46,617 nucleotides of DNA, taken from contig VMFS01000005.1 of assembly GCA_007376185.1 (NCBI GenBank), forward strand, positions 1 through 46,617. Direction: 5' to 3'. Within the stretch, counting starts at the first letter, position 1. Each line of letters opens with the position of its first letter. Below the pieces are notes generated by a model. It was not told where the DNA came from. It was given only the letters and a program-made list of their open reading frames with translations, and searched no databases. The stretch comes from Parcubacteria group bacterium Gr01-1014_30. GTDB taxonomy: Bacteria; Patescibacteriota; Minisyncoccia; Minisyncoccales; 2-12-FULL-40-12. Positions 18,708 to 27,722 of the stretch are shown piece after piece. The translations under genes were made by a program, and so were the position numbers.

Positions 18708-20099
18708 ATGATAAATAGCTGTAGGCCGCTATCTTTGGTGTCTTTGATTTTGGCCTCCGTTTTGGTTTTTTCAGGCCTATTTTTTTTTCAAGTAAAAGCG
18801 CAAACTACTGCAACCTTGGCGCTTTCTCCCACTTCAGGTTCCGTTGCCGTCAACCAAACCTTTACTGTAAATATCGCGCTTAATACCGCCGGCGCGCCAG
18901 CTGACGGCGTGGATATTTATATGTTGCGCTTCAATCCAAGTGTTTTGCAAGTGGTTGACGCTGACAGCGCTGTCACCGGAGTCCAAATTGGAGCCGGCAC
19001 TTTGATGCCGAATACCGTGTACAATGCGGCAAACAATACAGCTGGCACCATTCAGTTTGCGCAGTCCGCCTCCGGAGGAAGCAGCTTTACCGGCTCAGGA
19101 ACCCTAGCCACAATCACTTTTCGCGGGATTGCGGTGGGTAGCTCAAACGTAACTTTTGACTTTACTTTAGGAAGCACAACTGACACCAATGTTTCTTACC
19201 AGGGAGTGGACAGGTTGAGCCAGGTTACCAACGGCTCTTACACTGTAACTGCAGCAGGCGACACCACTCCGCCGATTCTTTCCAACGGTCAGCCAACCGG
19301 CACTTTGCCTTCAGGAACAACTCAGACAACAATTAGTTTGAATACAAACGAAAGCGCAACTTGCCGTTATTCAACTACTCCTGGAACTTCTTATGCCGCA
19401 ATGACTAATACTTTCTCAACTACCGGCGGTACTTCCCATTCAACTTTAGTTACTGGCCTGGCTGATGCTACTGCCTACAACTATTATGTTCGCTGTCAAG
19501 ACACGGCTGGTAATGCCACGACTAACGACTTTACAATATCTTTTAGCATAGCTTCACCGTCACCTCCGCCTCCTCCACCACCCCCAGCACCACCACCACC
19601 GCCACCAGCGGGAGGAGGAGGAGGAGGAGGCGGCGGCGGAGGCACTACTGACACTACTCCGCCAGTTATTTCTAATATTAGGATTAGTACGAGCACCTTT
19701 TCTTCAGTTACTATTACTTGGCAGACCGATGAGCCAGCCACTTCCCAAGTGGAATATGGAAAAACTATAAATTATGGTTTATACAGTCCATTGAGCAGCG
19801 CTTTAGCCACCAGTCATGTGGTTATCATCACTGGCCTTGAGCAAGAAATAACTTTTTATTTCCGAGCAATCAGCAGAGATGCCGCTGGCAATCAAACGTT
19901 TGGTTCTCAGAGTATTTTTATCACTACAAACCGGCCAAGGTTGTTAGGCGACTTCAACGGCGATGGAAAAGTTAATATTTTCGACCTTAGTATTTTACTT
20001 TCCAACTGGAAAAAGAATAGACCTGAATATGATTTGAATGGCAATGGATCAGTTGACATTTTCGACTTGAGCATCTTACTTTCCAACTGGACAAAATAA
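18708..20099 (+). CDS. Secreted modular protein: cohesin + 2 Fn3/Ig-like domains + Pro/Gly linker + C-terminal dockerin
   Basis: Signal peptide; cohesin paralogous to 18040; WQTDEPATSQVEYG Fn3-like; duplicated GDFNGDGKVNIFDLSILLSNW / DLNGNGSVDIFDLSILLSNW. Confidence 0.85.
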   Translation: MINSCRPLSLVSLILASVLVFSGLFFFQVKAQTTATLALSPTSGSVAVNQTFTVNIALNTAGAPADGVDIYMLRFNPSVLQVVDADSAVTGVQIGAGTLMPNTVYNAANNTAGTIQFAQSASGGSSFTGSGTLATITFRGIAVGSSNVTFDFTLGSTTDTNVSYQGVDRLSQVTNGSYTVTAAGDTTPPILSNGQPTGTLPSGTTQTTISLNTNESATCRYSTTPGTSYAAMTNTFSTTGGTSHSTLVTGLADATAYNYYVRCQDTAGNATTNDFTISFSIASPSPPPPPPPPAPPPPPPAGGGGGGGGGGGTTDTTPPVISNIRISTSTFSSVTITWQTDEPATSQVEYGKTINYGLYSPLSSALATSHVVIITGLEQEITFYFRAISRDAAGNQTFGSQSIFITTNRPRLLGDFNGDGKVNIFDLSILLSNWKKNRPEYDLNGNGSVDIFDLSILLSNWTK

Positions 20100-20134
20100 A
20101 TTGTTAATAAAATAATAAAATAAGACCTAAGTTT

Positions 20135-21331
20135 ATGAGAAAAAAATACTTCTTGGTTTTCATCTCCATAATTTTAACCTTGGTTTTTTTCCCGCAAATT
20201 ATTTGGGCACAAAGCGCCCTACTTTACTTTTCTCCTTCTAGCGGAACATTTACAGAAGGACAAAACTTTTGGCTTACTATAATGGTTGACACCAAGGGCG
20301 TTGCGGTAAACGCTGTGGCAGCTTACTTTTCTTATCCTGAAGACAAACTTACGCCTCTTGGGGTGGATACATCTGGTTCAGTGATGACAATTTGGGCAGA
20401 AAAAAGCGCCAGCAACGGAAAAGTGGAAATTGCCGGCGGCTTGGTCACGCCGGGTTTTTCCGGAATTAAAAAGATTGCTTCAGTAGGTTTTAGGCCCAAA
20501 GTTTCTTCAGGCAGCGTTAATTTTAAATTTAACCAGGATTCAGCGGTTTTAGCAGACGCTGATAACAAAAATATTCTTAACTTAAATCAATCCGGGCAAG
20601 GAAATTATAGCTTAGCCCCCAGGCCCACAGCGCCAGCGCCAGCGCCTACACCTCAACCCGCACCTGCGCCTGAACCTGAGCCCCGCTTTCCGCTGATTTC
20701 TGAAGTTGAGCTTGGAGAAATTACCAGGAATGAGGCAACTATTTCCTGGAAAACTGACTTAGAGACCGATTCGTTAATTGAATACGGGTTAACTGCCGAT
20801 ACTATGTTGATAACTGTTGCTGATGAATCGTTAACAAAAGAGCACTCTTTGAAACTTTCTGAACTTGATCCGGGGAGGCTTTATTATTTTAGAATTAGAA
20901 CTAAAACCCAAGAGGGCGTTCAAGGCGCAACACAAGCTTTTACTTTTACCACATTGGGCTATGTCGCTGAAATTAAAGTTTTTGACGCTGATACCAATCA
21001 ACCATTACCCGAAGCAGAGGTTAAGGTGGCTTTACCTGAAGAAATAACAAAAATTACCGACCAGGAGGGAAAGGTATTTTTTGACCAGTTACCCTTGGGC
21101 GAACAATGGATTTCGGTGAAATATCAAGATGTCTTAGCGAGTTATCAAATTACTGTTACCGACCAGGAGCCTCAGAGTTTTGATATAGGGGTTAAATTGC
21201 CGAAAATCAAAAAAGGGGTTAGCATTTTCTGGGTTGCCATTCTCCTTATCTTGACTGGTTTAGTAATTATAGTTATCGTGACGCTAGTTAGGAATTGGAT
21301 TTTAAAAGAAAGAGAAAAAAACATACTTTAA
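20135..21331 (+). CDS. Surface protein: cohesin + Pro linker + Fn3-like + carboxypeptidase-regulatory-like domain + C-terminal TM
   Basis: LYFSPSSG..VNAVAAYFSYP; ISWKTD..IEYG; TDQEGKVFF; hydrophobic C-terminus with basic tail. Confidence 0.8.
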   Translation: MRKKYFLVFISIILTLVFFPQIIWAQSALLYFSPSSGTFTEGQNFWLTIMVDTKGVAVNAVAAYFSYPEDKLTPLGVDTSGSVMTIWAEKSASNGKVEIAGGLVTPGFSGIKKIASVGFRPKVSSGSVNFKFNQDSAVLADADNKNILNLNQSGQGNYSLAPRPTAPAPAPTPQPAPAPEPEPRFPLISEVELGEITRNEATISWKTDLETDSLIEYGLTADTMLITVADESLTKEHSLKLSELDPGRLYYFRIRTKTQEGVQGATQAFTFTTLGYVAEIKVFDADTNQPLPEAEVKVALPEEITKITDQEGKVFFDQLPLGEQWISVKYQDVLASYQITVTDQEPQSFDIGVKLPKIKKGVSIFWVAILLILTGLVIIVIVTLVRNWILKEREKNIL

Positions 21332-21349
21332 ATCATAAAAAATAACCTT

Positions 21350-21387
21350 GCAACCATAAAAAGCCCCTTGGGGCTTTTTATGGTTGC
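21350..21387. terminator. Perfect 18-bp hairpin, probable terminator
   Basis: gcaaccataaaaagcccc-tt-ggggctttttatggttgc. Confidence 0.7.
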
Positions 21388-21471
21388 TGTTTTTATGTTT
21401 TTGGGCTATAATGGAATAGTGACAAATGGTCGGCTTTTATTAAACTGTCAACTAAAAACTATAAACTAATT

Positions 21472-22035
21472 ATGAACATTTGGTTAATTGTTTTAATAAT
21501 TTTGGGAGCTGTTGTTTTGTGGCTTGTTTTCACTTACAACCGCTTCGTCACGCTCATAAATAGAGCAAAAGAGGCTTGGGCAGACATTGACGTGCAGTTG
21601 AGAAGGAGGTACGACTTGATTCCAAATTTGGTTGAAACGGTCAAGGGCTACGCGGCTCACGAGAAAACGGTTTTTGAGAACGTTACTAAGGCGAGGGCTC
21701 AGGCAATGTCGGCTGAGCAGTCGGGCGACCCGAAAAAAGTGGCTAGTGCTGAAAACTTTCTGTCGTCAACTTTAAAAACCCTTTTTGCGGTGGCAGAAAA
21801 TTATCCTCAACTGCGCGCCTCTGAGAATTTCGTGGAACTTCAAAGAGAACTGCGCGACACAGAAGACAAAGTGCAGGCCGCCCGTCGCTTTTACAACACC
21901 AATGTTAAAGATCTGAACACTAAAGTTGAAAGCTTTCCGGCAAATGTAGTGGCGAATATGTTCAAATTCACCAAGATGGAGTTCTTTGAGATAGAGGAAG
22001 CCGCGGCCAAAGAGCCCGTGAAAGTACAATTCTAA
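21472..22035 (+). CDS. lemA: LemA family protein
   Basis: YNRFV..EAWADIDVQLRRRYDLIPNLVETVKGYAAHE, ENYPQLRAS, ARRFYN. Confidence 0.97.
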   Translation: MNIWLIVLIILGAVVLWLVFTYNRFVTLINRAKEAWADIDVQLRRRYDLIPNLVETVKGYAAHEKTVFENVTKARAQAMSAEQSGDPKKVASAENFLSSTLKTLFAVAENYPQLRASENFVELQRELRDTEDKVQAARRFYNTNVKDLNTKVESFPANVVANMFKFTKMEFFEIEEAAAKEPVKVQF

Positions 22036-22044
22036 TGCTACATC

Positions 22045-22140
22045 CCAGCTCGGAGAGGGGTCGGGAGAACTCGCTAGTTCTCCCGTGGAGGAAAACAGGT
22101 CGCGAAGCGACCGTTAGAAACCGAGGGTTTCTAAAGAGCG
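22045..22140 (+). repeat. Three-hairpin intergenic element, copy 1
   Basis: Homologous to 33964-34064; hairpins cgggagaact/agttctcccg, ggtcgc/gcgacc, tagaaacc/ggtttcta. Confidence 0.9.
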
Positions 22141-22180
22141 AACACATCTTAATTAAAGATGTGTGAGCGACTAATTTTGT

Positions 22181-23083
22181 ATGACCCTATATACCCACAA
22201 AGAGTCCAACATAGCCAAGACCTGGGTTTATTTGACGGGATTTTTTATTCTTGTGACTGCCGTTGGGTGGCTCATCAGTTACGCCATGGGAAGCGCTGTG
22301 ATTCTTTGGTTTGCAGTAATTTTGAGTGTTTTGATGAGCTTTTTCAGCTATTGGTATTCAGATAAAATTGTTTTGGGAATTAGCCGCGCCAAGGAAATAA
22401 AAAAGCAAGACGCACCAGAGCTCTATCGCATTGTTGAGAATCTTAGCATCACCGCGGGCTTGCCAATGCCAAGAGTATATATTGTTGAAGAAGCTCAGCC
22501 CAATGCTTTTGCAACTGGCCGCAATCCGCAAAAAGGCGTGGTGGCGGTAACTAGAGGGTTGCTTGAGCGGTTGGATAGACCAGAGCTTGAAGGTGTCTTG
22601 GCGCACGAGTTAGGCCACATCGGAAATCGCGACATTCTTTTGTCAACAATAGTTGTTGTGCTGGTTGGAGTGGTGGTGATTCTTACTGATTTCTTCTTTA
22701 GAATTGCTTTTTGGGGAGGTATGGGAGGTCGCGGCAGAGAAGCCGGGCAGGTAAAAGCAGTTATGATGTTATTCGCTTTGGCTTTGGCAATTTTGGCTCC
22801 GATTTTCGCCACTCTTATGAAACTGGCCATTTCCAGAAAAAGAGAGTTGCTGGCTGACGCTTCGGGAGCGCTTTTAACTCGTTACCCTGAAGGGTTGGCC
22901 AGCGCGCTTGAAAAAATTTCGCAAGACCCAAACCCGATGAGAAAAGCTTCTGACGCCACGGCACACCTTTTCATTGCCAGCCCTTTTCGCGGCAGAGAAG
23001 AAACTTCCTGGCTGCACAAATTGTTTATGACGCACCCGCCAATGGAGGAAAGAGTAAGAGCGTTAAGGGGAATGCGGACTTAA
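22181..23083 (+). CDS. htpX: Zinc metalloprotease HtpX (M48)
   Basis: PNAFATGRNP, AHELGH, SRKRELLAD, THPPMEERV; follows lemA. Confidence 0.96.
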   Translation: MTLYTHKESNIAKTWVYLTGFFILVTAVGWLISYAMGSAVILWFAVILSVLMSFFSYWYSDKIVLGISRAKEIKKQDAPELYRIVENLSITAGLPMPRVYIVEEAQPNAFATGRNPQKGVVAVTRGLLERLDRPELEGVLAHELGHIGNRDILLSTIVVVLVGVVVILTDFFFRIAFWGGMGGRGREAGQVKAVMMLFALALAILAPIFATLMKLAISRKRELLADASGALLTRYPEGLASALEKISQDPNPMRKASDATAHLFIASPFRGREETSWLHKLFMTHPPMEERVRALRGMRT

Positions 23084-23275
23084 AAATCCGAAGCACGACC
23101 ACAGCCCATTTCCAATGGGCTGGGTCGCCCAGCCCTTTAGTAAGGGCTGTGGCGAAATTCGAAATTCGAAACAAATTCAAATGACTAAAATCCAAACTTC
23201 CAAAACCCGCGTTTTTAACATTTGAATTTAGAATTTAGATATTGTTTCGAATTTCGATATTCGGATTTCGAATTT
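23084..23275. repeat. Inverted heptamer-repeat element (AAATTCG/CGAATTT) with nested 54-bp double-hairpin insert (23099-23152, CGA direct repeats)
   Basis: aaatccg-aagcacg-aaattcg-aaattcg-aaacaaa... mirrored by ...ttgtttcg-aatttcg-atattcg-gatttcg-aattt; insert ccacagccc...gggctgtgg. Confidence 0.85.
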
Positions 23276-23281
23276 AAAACT

Positions 23282-23812
23282 ATGACTTGTCCTCGCTGTA
23301 AAATCGATTTAGAGCAGACATTATTCTACAATACAGCAGTAGATTACTGCCCTCGATGTCTTGGAATGTTTTTTGACGAAGAAGAGTTGAGATGGGCGAA
23401 AGACGCCAAAGACAAAAACTTGGTCTGGCTGGACATCGATCTTTGGAAAGACGAAAGAAAGTTTCGCTTAAACTACGGCGTGCGGCTTTGCCCTTCCTGT
23501 CGTTTGCCTCTTTACGAAGTTTACTACGGAGCTTCGCAAATTATTGTTGACGTTTGCAACGTATGCCACGGCATATGGCTTGATAGGGGAGAATTCAAGA
23601 AAATAGTCAACTACCTCAAAGAAGAGTCAGACCAGAAACTTCTAAATAAATACGGCAACTCCATGCTGGAAGAGTTTAAAGAGATTTTTTCCGGCCCTGA
23701 AACCTTGCGGGAGGAGCTCGCCGATTTCCTGGTACTTTTGAAACTGCTGAACTACAAATTCTTGGCCCAGCATCCAAAAATAGCAAAAGCGATTTTGCAA
23801 CTGCCAAAATAA
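23282..23812 (+). CDS. Double zf-TFIIB zinc-ribbon protein
   Basis: CPRC..DYCPRCLGMFFDEEEL and CPSC..DVCNVCHGIWLDRGEF; ATG 23282 preferred because the upstream extension is the repeat element. Confidence 0.85.
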   Translation: MTCPRCKIDLEQTLFYNTAVDYCPRCLGMFFDEEELRWAKDAKDKNLVWLDIDLWKDERKFRLNYGVRLCPSCRLPLYEVYYGASQIIVDVCNVCHGIWLDRGEFKKIVNYLKEESDQKLLNKYGNSMLEEFKEIFSGPETLREELADFLVLLKLLNYKFLAQHPKIAKAILQLPK

Positions 23813-23816
23813 TCTT

Positions 23817-23904
23817 GGAGGAGTCGCATAGTGGCCTAGTGCAACGGTTTGGAGAACCGTGACCCTTCGGGGTTTCGTGGGTTCGACTCCCACCTCCTCC
23901 GCCA
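23817..23904 (+). tRNA. tRNA-Ser(GGA)
   Basis: Acceptor GGAGGAG/CTCCTCC-G-CCA, anticodon arm ACGGT-TTGGAGA-ACCGT, long variable arm, GTTCGAC T-loop. Confidence 0.96.
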
Positions 23905-24026
23905 CTCAACTCATTTTGAACGAAGTTCAAAATTCGTTCGTGATCTTCGCTTCAAACTTTCGTTTGAAGCTTCGACCAAAGCTCGAAATGAGTTGAGTGT
24001 TTCGAGCGAGCGAAGCGAGTCGAGAA
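23903..24026. repeat. Cruciform element plus GAGC..GTCGA half-repeat between tRNA and GIY-YIG gene
   Basis: 14-bp IR cactcaactcattt/aaatgagttgagtg enclosing ttttgaac/gttcaaaa and gcttcaaac/gtttgaagc hairpins; then ttcgagcgagcgaagcgagtcgagaa. Confidence 0.8.
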
Positions 24027-24029
24027 ACA

Positions 24030-24293
24030 ATGCTCAAATATCATTTTTACATTGCTCGTTGTTTAGATAAAACTTTATACGTTGGCAGTACTGACAATAT
24101 TGATAAACGAATAATCAGACATAATACTGGTCAGGGATCTAAATGGATTAAACAACATGGAACCGCCGAGATTATTTACGCTGAAGATTATAATACGTTA
24201 CTTGAGGTAAGAAGGAGGGAAAGACAAGTCAAGAAATGGTCAAGAGTTAAGAAAGAAAATTTGATCTCCGGAAAATGGGGCAAGCTTAAGTAG
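24030..24293 (+). CDS. Stand-alone GIY-YIG nuclease (UPF0213/YhbQ-like)
   Basis: FYIARC.DKTLYVGSTDNIDKRIIRHN.G.GSKW..RRERQVKKWSR.KKENLI. Confidence 0.9.
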   Translation: MLKYHFYIARCLDKTLYVGSTDNIDKRIIRHNTGQGSKWIKQHGTAEIIYAEDYNTLLEVRRRERQVKKWSRVKKENLISGKWGKLK

Positions 24294-24320
24294 AAGGCAA
24301 AAGAAATTTTTTCATAATGT

Positions 24321-25034
24321 ATGAGTCGCAATAAAATAATTTTATTTCTAATAATCATTGCGGTTTTGATAGTTGCGGGATATTTTTTCATTAACCCAAA
24401 AGCTCCACAAACAATATCTCGTTCAACAGCAGTCAGTGTCTTAGCCTCATCGTTATTTAAAACAGAGGCGTGGCTTGGTTTAGACGGGTATCCGGGAGGC
24501 ATTTCGTTGCGCACTACATCAGACGCCGATCTTCTGTTAAAACATAACAATGCGGACATAGTTTATAGATATAGCACAAGAGATAATCAATTTTCGTTGG
24601 TAAATTTAGAAATCTGGTCTAATGCAACGGGCGAAACTGTCGACTGTAATACTCAAGTTGAAAAAGAACCTTGGCGAATCAAAATAGACAGAGAAACAAA
24701 CAAATTATTGGTGGACGATAAAGAAGTGAAAGGAATTAAAGGTCAAGTTCACTTGCGATATCAATTCACCTCAAGAGGCGATAAATTTGCCGTTCTTTCT
24801 GCTGGGGGTAAGAAAGCATCTTCGCTACTACCTTTTTTGGGAGAAGGTGGGGCTTCCGGCGCTCACTATAATCAAGTTTTTAGTTTTCCTGATCTCACTT
24901 CAATGTACTCTGTGACTGAATTACCATTCACAACTGAAAAAATAACATATAGAAGTTGTTGGTCTTTTGATGAAAGCTATATCGTTTATTCTGACGCGCT
25001 TGATTCTCGGTTGGCTATAATTGTAGTTGAATAA
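24321..25034 (+). CDS. Hypothetical membrane-anchored protein
   Basis: 237-aa ORF with N-terminal TM helix. Confidence 0.7.
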   Translation: MSRNKIILFLIIIAVLIVAGYFFINPKAPQTISRSTAVSVLASSLFKTEAWLGLDGYPGGISLRTTSDADLLLKHNNADIVYRYSTRDNQFSLVNLEIWSNATGETVDCNTQVEKEPWRIKIDRETNKLLVDDKEVKGIKGQVHLRYQFTSRGDKFAVLSAGGKKASSLLPFLGEGGASGAHYNQVFSFPDLTSMYSVTELPFTTEKITYRSCWSFDESYIVYSDALDSRLAIIVVE

Positions 25035-25071
25035 CTTTTGGTTTCGGATTAAACTTGAATTTGCCGCCAAA

Positions 25072-25104
25072 CCCCAGTAGCAGAAACTTCGTTTCGCTAC
25101 GGGG
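25072..25104. repeat. Short hairpin element (CCCC.GTAG..CTACGGGG family)
   Basis: ccccagtagcagaaac-ttc-gtttcgctacgggg; resembles 46359-46387. Confidence 0.65.
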
Positions 25105-25127
25105 TAGGCTTGGAATTGCTGATGTGC

Positions 25128-25158
25128 TTGACAGCAGTGATACACTTTTGATACACTT
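25128..25158 (+). promoter_or_regulatory. TA promoter with overlapping direct-repeat operator
   Basis: TTGACA-18-TACACT; TGATACACTT occurs twice (25138-25147, 25149-25158). Confidence 0.5.
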
Positions 25159-25238
25159 AAAATATGCCAGGTAGTAGAAATTCGACTGCTGCCTCGGCAG
25201 CAAAAATAATATAATTAGTCGAATTTTCACTATCTGGT

Positions 25239-25460
25239 ATGCCTACCACCAAAACTCGTTTAAATATCACTCTTTCGCCGGAAATGGAAACGGCGATAAA
25301 GCGGCTAGCCGAGCGCGATAGAGTTCCGCAGGCAAGCAAGGCGGCTGAGCTTCTTCTTGGGGCGCTTGAGCTTGAAGAAGACCGCGTTTGGAATAAGTTG
25401 GCTCAAAAGAGAGACAGGAGAGGCGCAAAATTTCTTACTCACAACAAGACATGGAAGTGA
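25239..25460 (+). CDS. Putative RHH-type antitoxin
   Basis: MPTTKTRLNITL..LAERD..ALELEED; overlaps the toxin start. Confidence 0.75.
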   Translation: MPTTKTRLNITLSPEMETAIKRLAERDRVPQASKAAELLLGALELEEDRVWNKLAQKRDRRGAKFLTHNKTWK

Positions 25461-25732
25461 GCTTTGATATATGTTATCACGAGCTAGTTGTTAAAGAAGA
25501 CATCCCGCGTTTATCTTTAGAGTGGAGAGAAAAAATTAAACGCGCTATAGAAAACCGTCTTACCACGCGGCCGGAGGCCTACGGCAAGCCGCTTCGCCAG
25601 TCGCTGAAGGGGTACAGAAAACTGCGCGTCGGGGACTGGCGCGTAATTTTTAGAATTGATGGCAAAACCATAAAGATATTCATTATTCAGCATCGTTCCG
25701 TAGTGTACAAAATGATACAGAAAAGAATCTGA
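25451..25732 (+). CDS. RelE/ParE-family toxin (start may be GTG 25457)
   Basis: YGKPLRQSLKGYRKLRVGDWRVIFRI..IQHRSVVY. Confidence 0.88.
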   Translation: MEVSFDICYHELVVKEDIPRLSLEWREKIKRAIENRLTTRPEAYGKPLRQSLKGYRKLRVGDWRVIFRIDGKTIKIFIIQHRSVVYKMIQKRI

Positions 25733-25750
25733 GATTTACGATATTTTCAA

Positions 25751-25794
25751 TGGTTCGATAAACTCACCATTGACCCTGAGCCGAGTCGAATGGG
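25751..25794. mobile_element. 44-bp element of the TTCGA..CTCA/TGAGC..TCGAA family with TCAA direct repeats
   Basis: TCAA-tggttcgataaactcaccattgaccctgagccgagtcgaatggg-TCAA. Confidence 0.7.
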
Positions 25795-25848
25795 TCAAAC
25801 AGACACCGCCAACAACATTTTTTATCGAGAGACCGCGATGCTTCAAAA

Positions 25849-26622
25849 ATGAGAACAAGAACTATTATACAAAAAGACTCAAGCAACATAATTAAAGGCT
25901 TTGTAGAGCGAGCTGAAAACCTAACTCTTAATCATCCAGGAACAGAAGGACAACTAAAGGAGCTTTTTCTAGGAAATGTTCTTAAATTATTTCTCTCTCA
26001 GCAGTTTGATATAGGATCCGGAATCATAACAAACCATAATGGTACGGAAAGCTCCCAAGCCGACATAATAATTTATGATAGGCGAATGATCCCTCCATTC
26101 ATCTATCAGGGTAATGTTGGAGCTTACCCTGTTGAAAGTGTATTGGCAGTAATAGAAGTTAAATCTACTCTAAGCCCTAACTCTAAGAATGGATTTAAGA
26201 AAATAGGAAAAGACGCTAGTAAGTTAGATGATATTTACAAAAAATGTACCTTTTTTGAAAGAAGTAAGTTCAATTCCGATAGCCCGCGACCACCTTTTTT
26301 TGCGGTTTTTAGTTTAAAAGAAAATATGCCTAAGCTTTTGCATAAAAATAATAAAAAAGCTTGTAACTGGCTTGATAAAAAGAGCAGATATATTTCATCA
26401 GTCTGTATTGTTGGCAAATATTCTTGGATTAGAATGGGGCCGCCTGCTTACCCTAAGGTGGGATGGAAATTTCAAAAAGGTATCAATAGAATATACGAAG
26501 AAACTAAGAGATTCATAGCAGTTTTGTTAGATAATGTTAGAACAACTGCTGAAAAGAGGTTAAAATTTTCAATCGAAGAACACAGAGACTGGTTGAGTCA
26601 ATATATTCGAGATCAAAGTTAA
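25849..26622 (+). CDS. DUF6602-like putative PD-(D/E)xK nuclease
   Basis: G..KE..L....IGSGII....S.QADIIIYD...P..ESVLAVIEVKS; AT-rich. Confidence 0.65.
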   Translation: MRTRTIIQKDSSNIIKGFVERAENLTLNHPGTEGQLKELFLGNVLKLFLSQQFDIGSGIITNHNGTESSQADIIIYDRRMIPPFIYQGNVGAYPVESVLAVIEVKSTLSPNSKNGFKKIGKDASKLDDIYKKCTFFERSKFNSDSPRPPFFAVFSLKENMPKLLHKNNKKACNWLDKKSRYISSVCIVGKYSWIRMGPPAYPKVGWKFQKGINRIYEETKRFIAVLLDNVRTTAEKRLKFSIEEHRDWLSQYIRDQS

Positions 26623-26905
26623 TAGAAACAAACCTACATTGAAAAAATACTTTGTTGAAATTTAAATTTACATCAAACACGAATTTAAAGGTGTTTTTGG
26701 TTGCTTTAAAATATGGTAAGGTTAAGTAATTATGAATATTCAAACATTAGAAAAAGTTAATCTTTCTAGCAGAAGACTCTAATTTAATCCTAAAAATCTT
26801 AGTTCTAGTCTTAGTCACTTGCAGTTAGTCAATAGAGTTGGCAATCCGAACAGGAATCAGACTAAAGAATTTGCCAGCCAAATAAACTTAAGTTAATTCA
26901 AGCGT

Positions 26906-27337
26906 ATGAAACTAAATACTTACCTTAACTTTGCGGGCAACACGGAAGAAGCTTTTAACTTTTACAAATCAGTTTTCGGGGGCGACTTAACGCCAATTGT
27001 CCGTTTCAGGGATGTGCCCACAGAAGGCGTGAATATCCCAAAAGAGGACGAAAACAAAATTATGCACGTTGGTCTACCTATAGGTGGCCAGATGCTGATG
27101 GGAACAGATGCCCTTGAGTCACTTGGGCAAAAACTGGTTTTGGGAAACAATTCTTATATTTCCATACACCCTGACAGCAAAGAAGAAGCCGACAGGATAT
27201 TTTCGGCTCTTTCTGAAGGTGGCACTATAGAAATGCCAATTGCCGATCAGGTGTGGGGCGACTATTACGGCAGTTTCAAAGACAAGTTCGGCGTGCAGTG
27301 GATGGTAAATTATCACGAGGAAAAGCAAAGGCATTAA
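26906..27337 (+). CDS. VOC/glyoxalase family protein (PhnB-like)
   Basis: YLNFAGNTEEAFNFYKSVFGG, IMH, WGDYYGSFKDKFGVQWMV. Confidence 0.92.
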   Translation: MKLNTYLNFAGNTEEAFNFYKSVFGGDLTPIVRFRDVPTEGVNIPKEDENKIMHVGLPIGGQMLMGTDALESLGQKLVLGNNSYISIHPDSKEEADRIFSALSEGGTIEMPIADQVWGDYYGSFKDKFGVQWMVNYHEEKQRH

Positions 27338-27444
27338 TGAAGGGAGAGTAATTGTGTCAAGGTATTTGACTTGATTTTTGACTAATTTTCAATATAATAA
27401 TAAAATAAAGGTCTATCATTAAATGGATAAGGTATTAAACAACT

Positions 27445-27690
27445 ATGATTAGAGCAATATGGGGTTTAGCCTGGTTTAAGACGATTTTGGGGATTTTATG
27501 GCTCATTCTGTTTATATGGGCATTGGTAGATATTTTGGGCAGCAAGAAAGATGTAGCCACCAAGATTATTTGGATAGTCGTGTGCTTAATCCTACCCGTA
27601 CTGGGCGTTATTATCTATGTGATTTTTGGAAGCGGAAATAAAGATACTAATACCCCCACGCCACCGTCGGCCCCTCCTACTTCTCAATAA
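27445..27690 (+). CDS. PLDc_N domain small membrane protein
   Basis: WALVDIL..KIIWIVVCLILPVLGVIIYVIFG. Confidence 0.8.
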   Translation: MIRAIWGLAWFKTILGILWLILFIWALVDILGSKKDVATKIIWIVVCLILPVLGVIIYVIFGSGNKDTNTPTPPSAPPTSQ

Positions 27691-27722
27691 TTGACAGATT
27701 GTTTTTTTAGTCTATTTTGGTT

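Noticed and set aside
19556-19643. C-rich/G-rich tract resembling an inverted-repeat element
   Set aside because: Fully explained by a poly-Pro/poly-Gly linker with varied codons.
23222-23281. N-terminal extensions in the ORF track (23222, 23997, 7614, 34090, 37754, 43700, 31390, 4556)
   Set aside because: They come from repeat elements or UTR sequence; downstream start codons fit the family N-termini better.
25057-26882. CCGCCA / GAATTTGCC(A)GCCAAA motifs (about 25057-25070, 25806-25811, 26867-26882) as attR remnants of the tRNA 3' end
   Set aside because: The match to the tRNA end is only about 6 nt, too short to support an att site.
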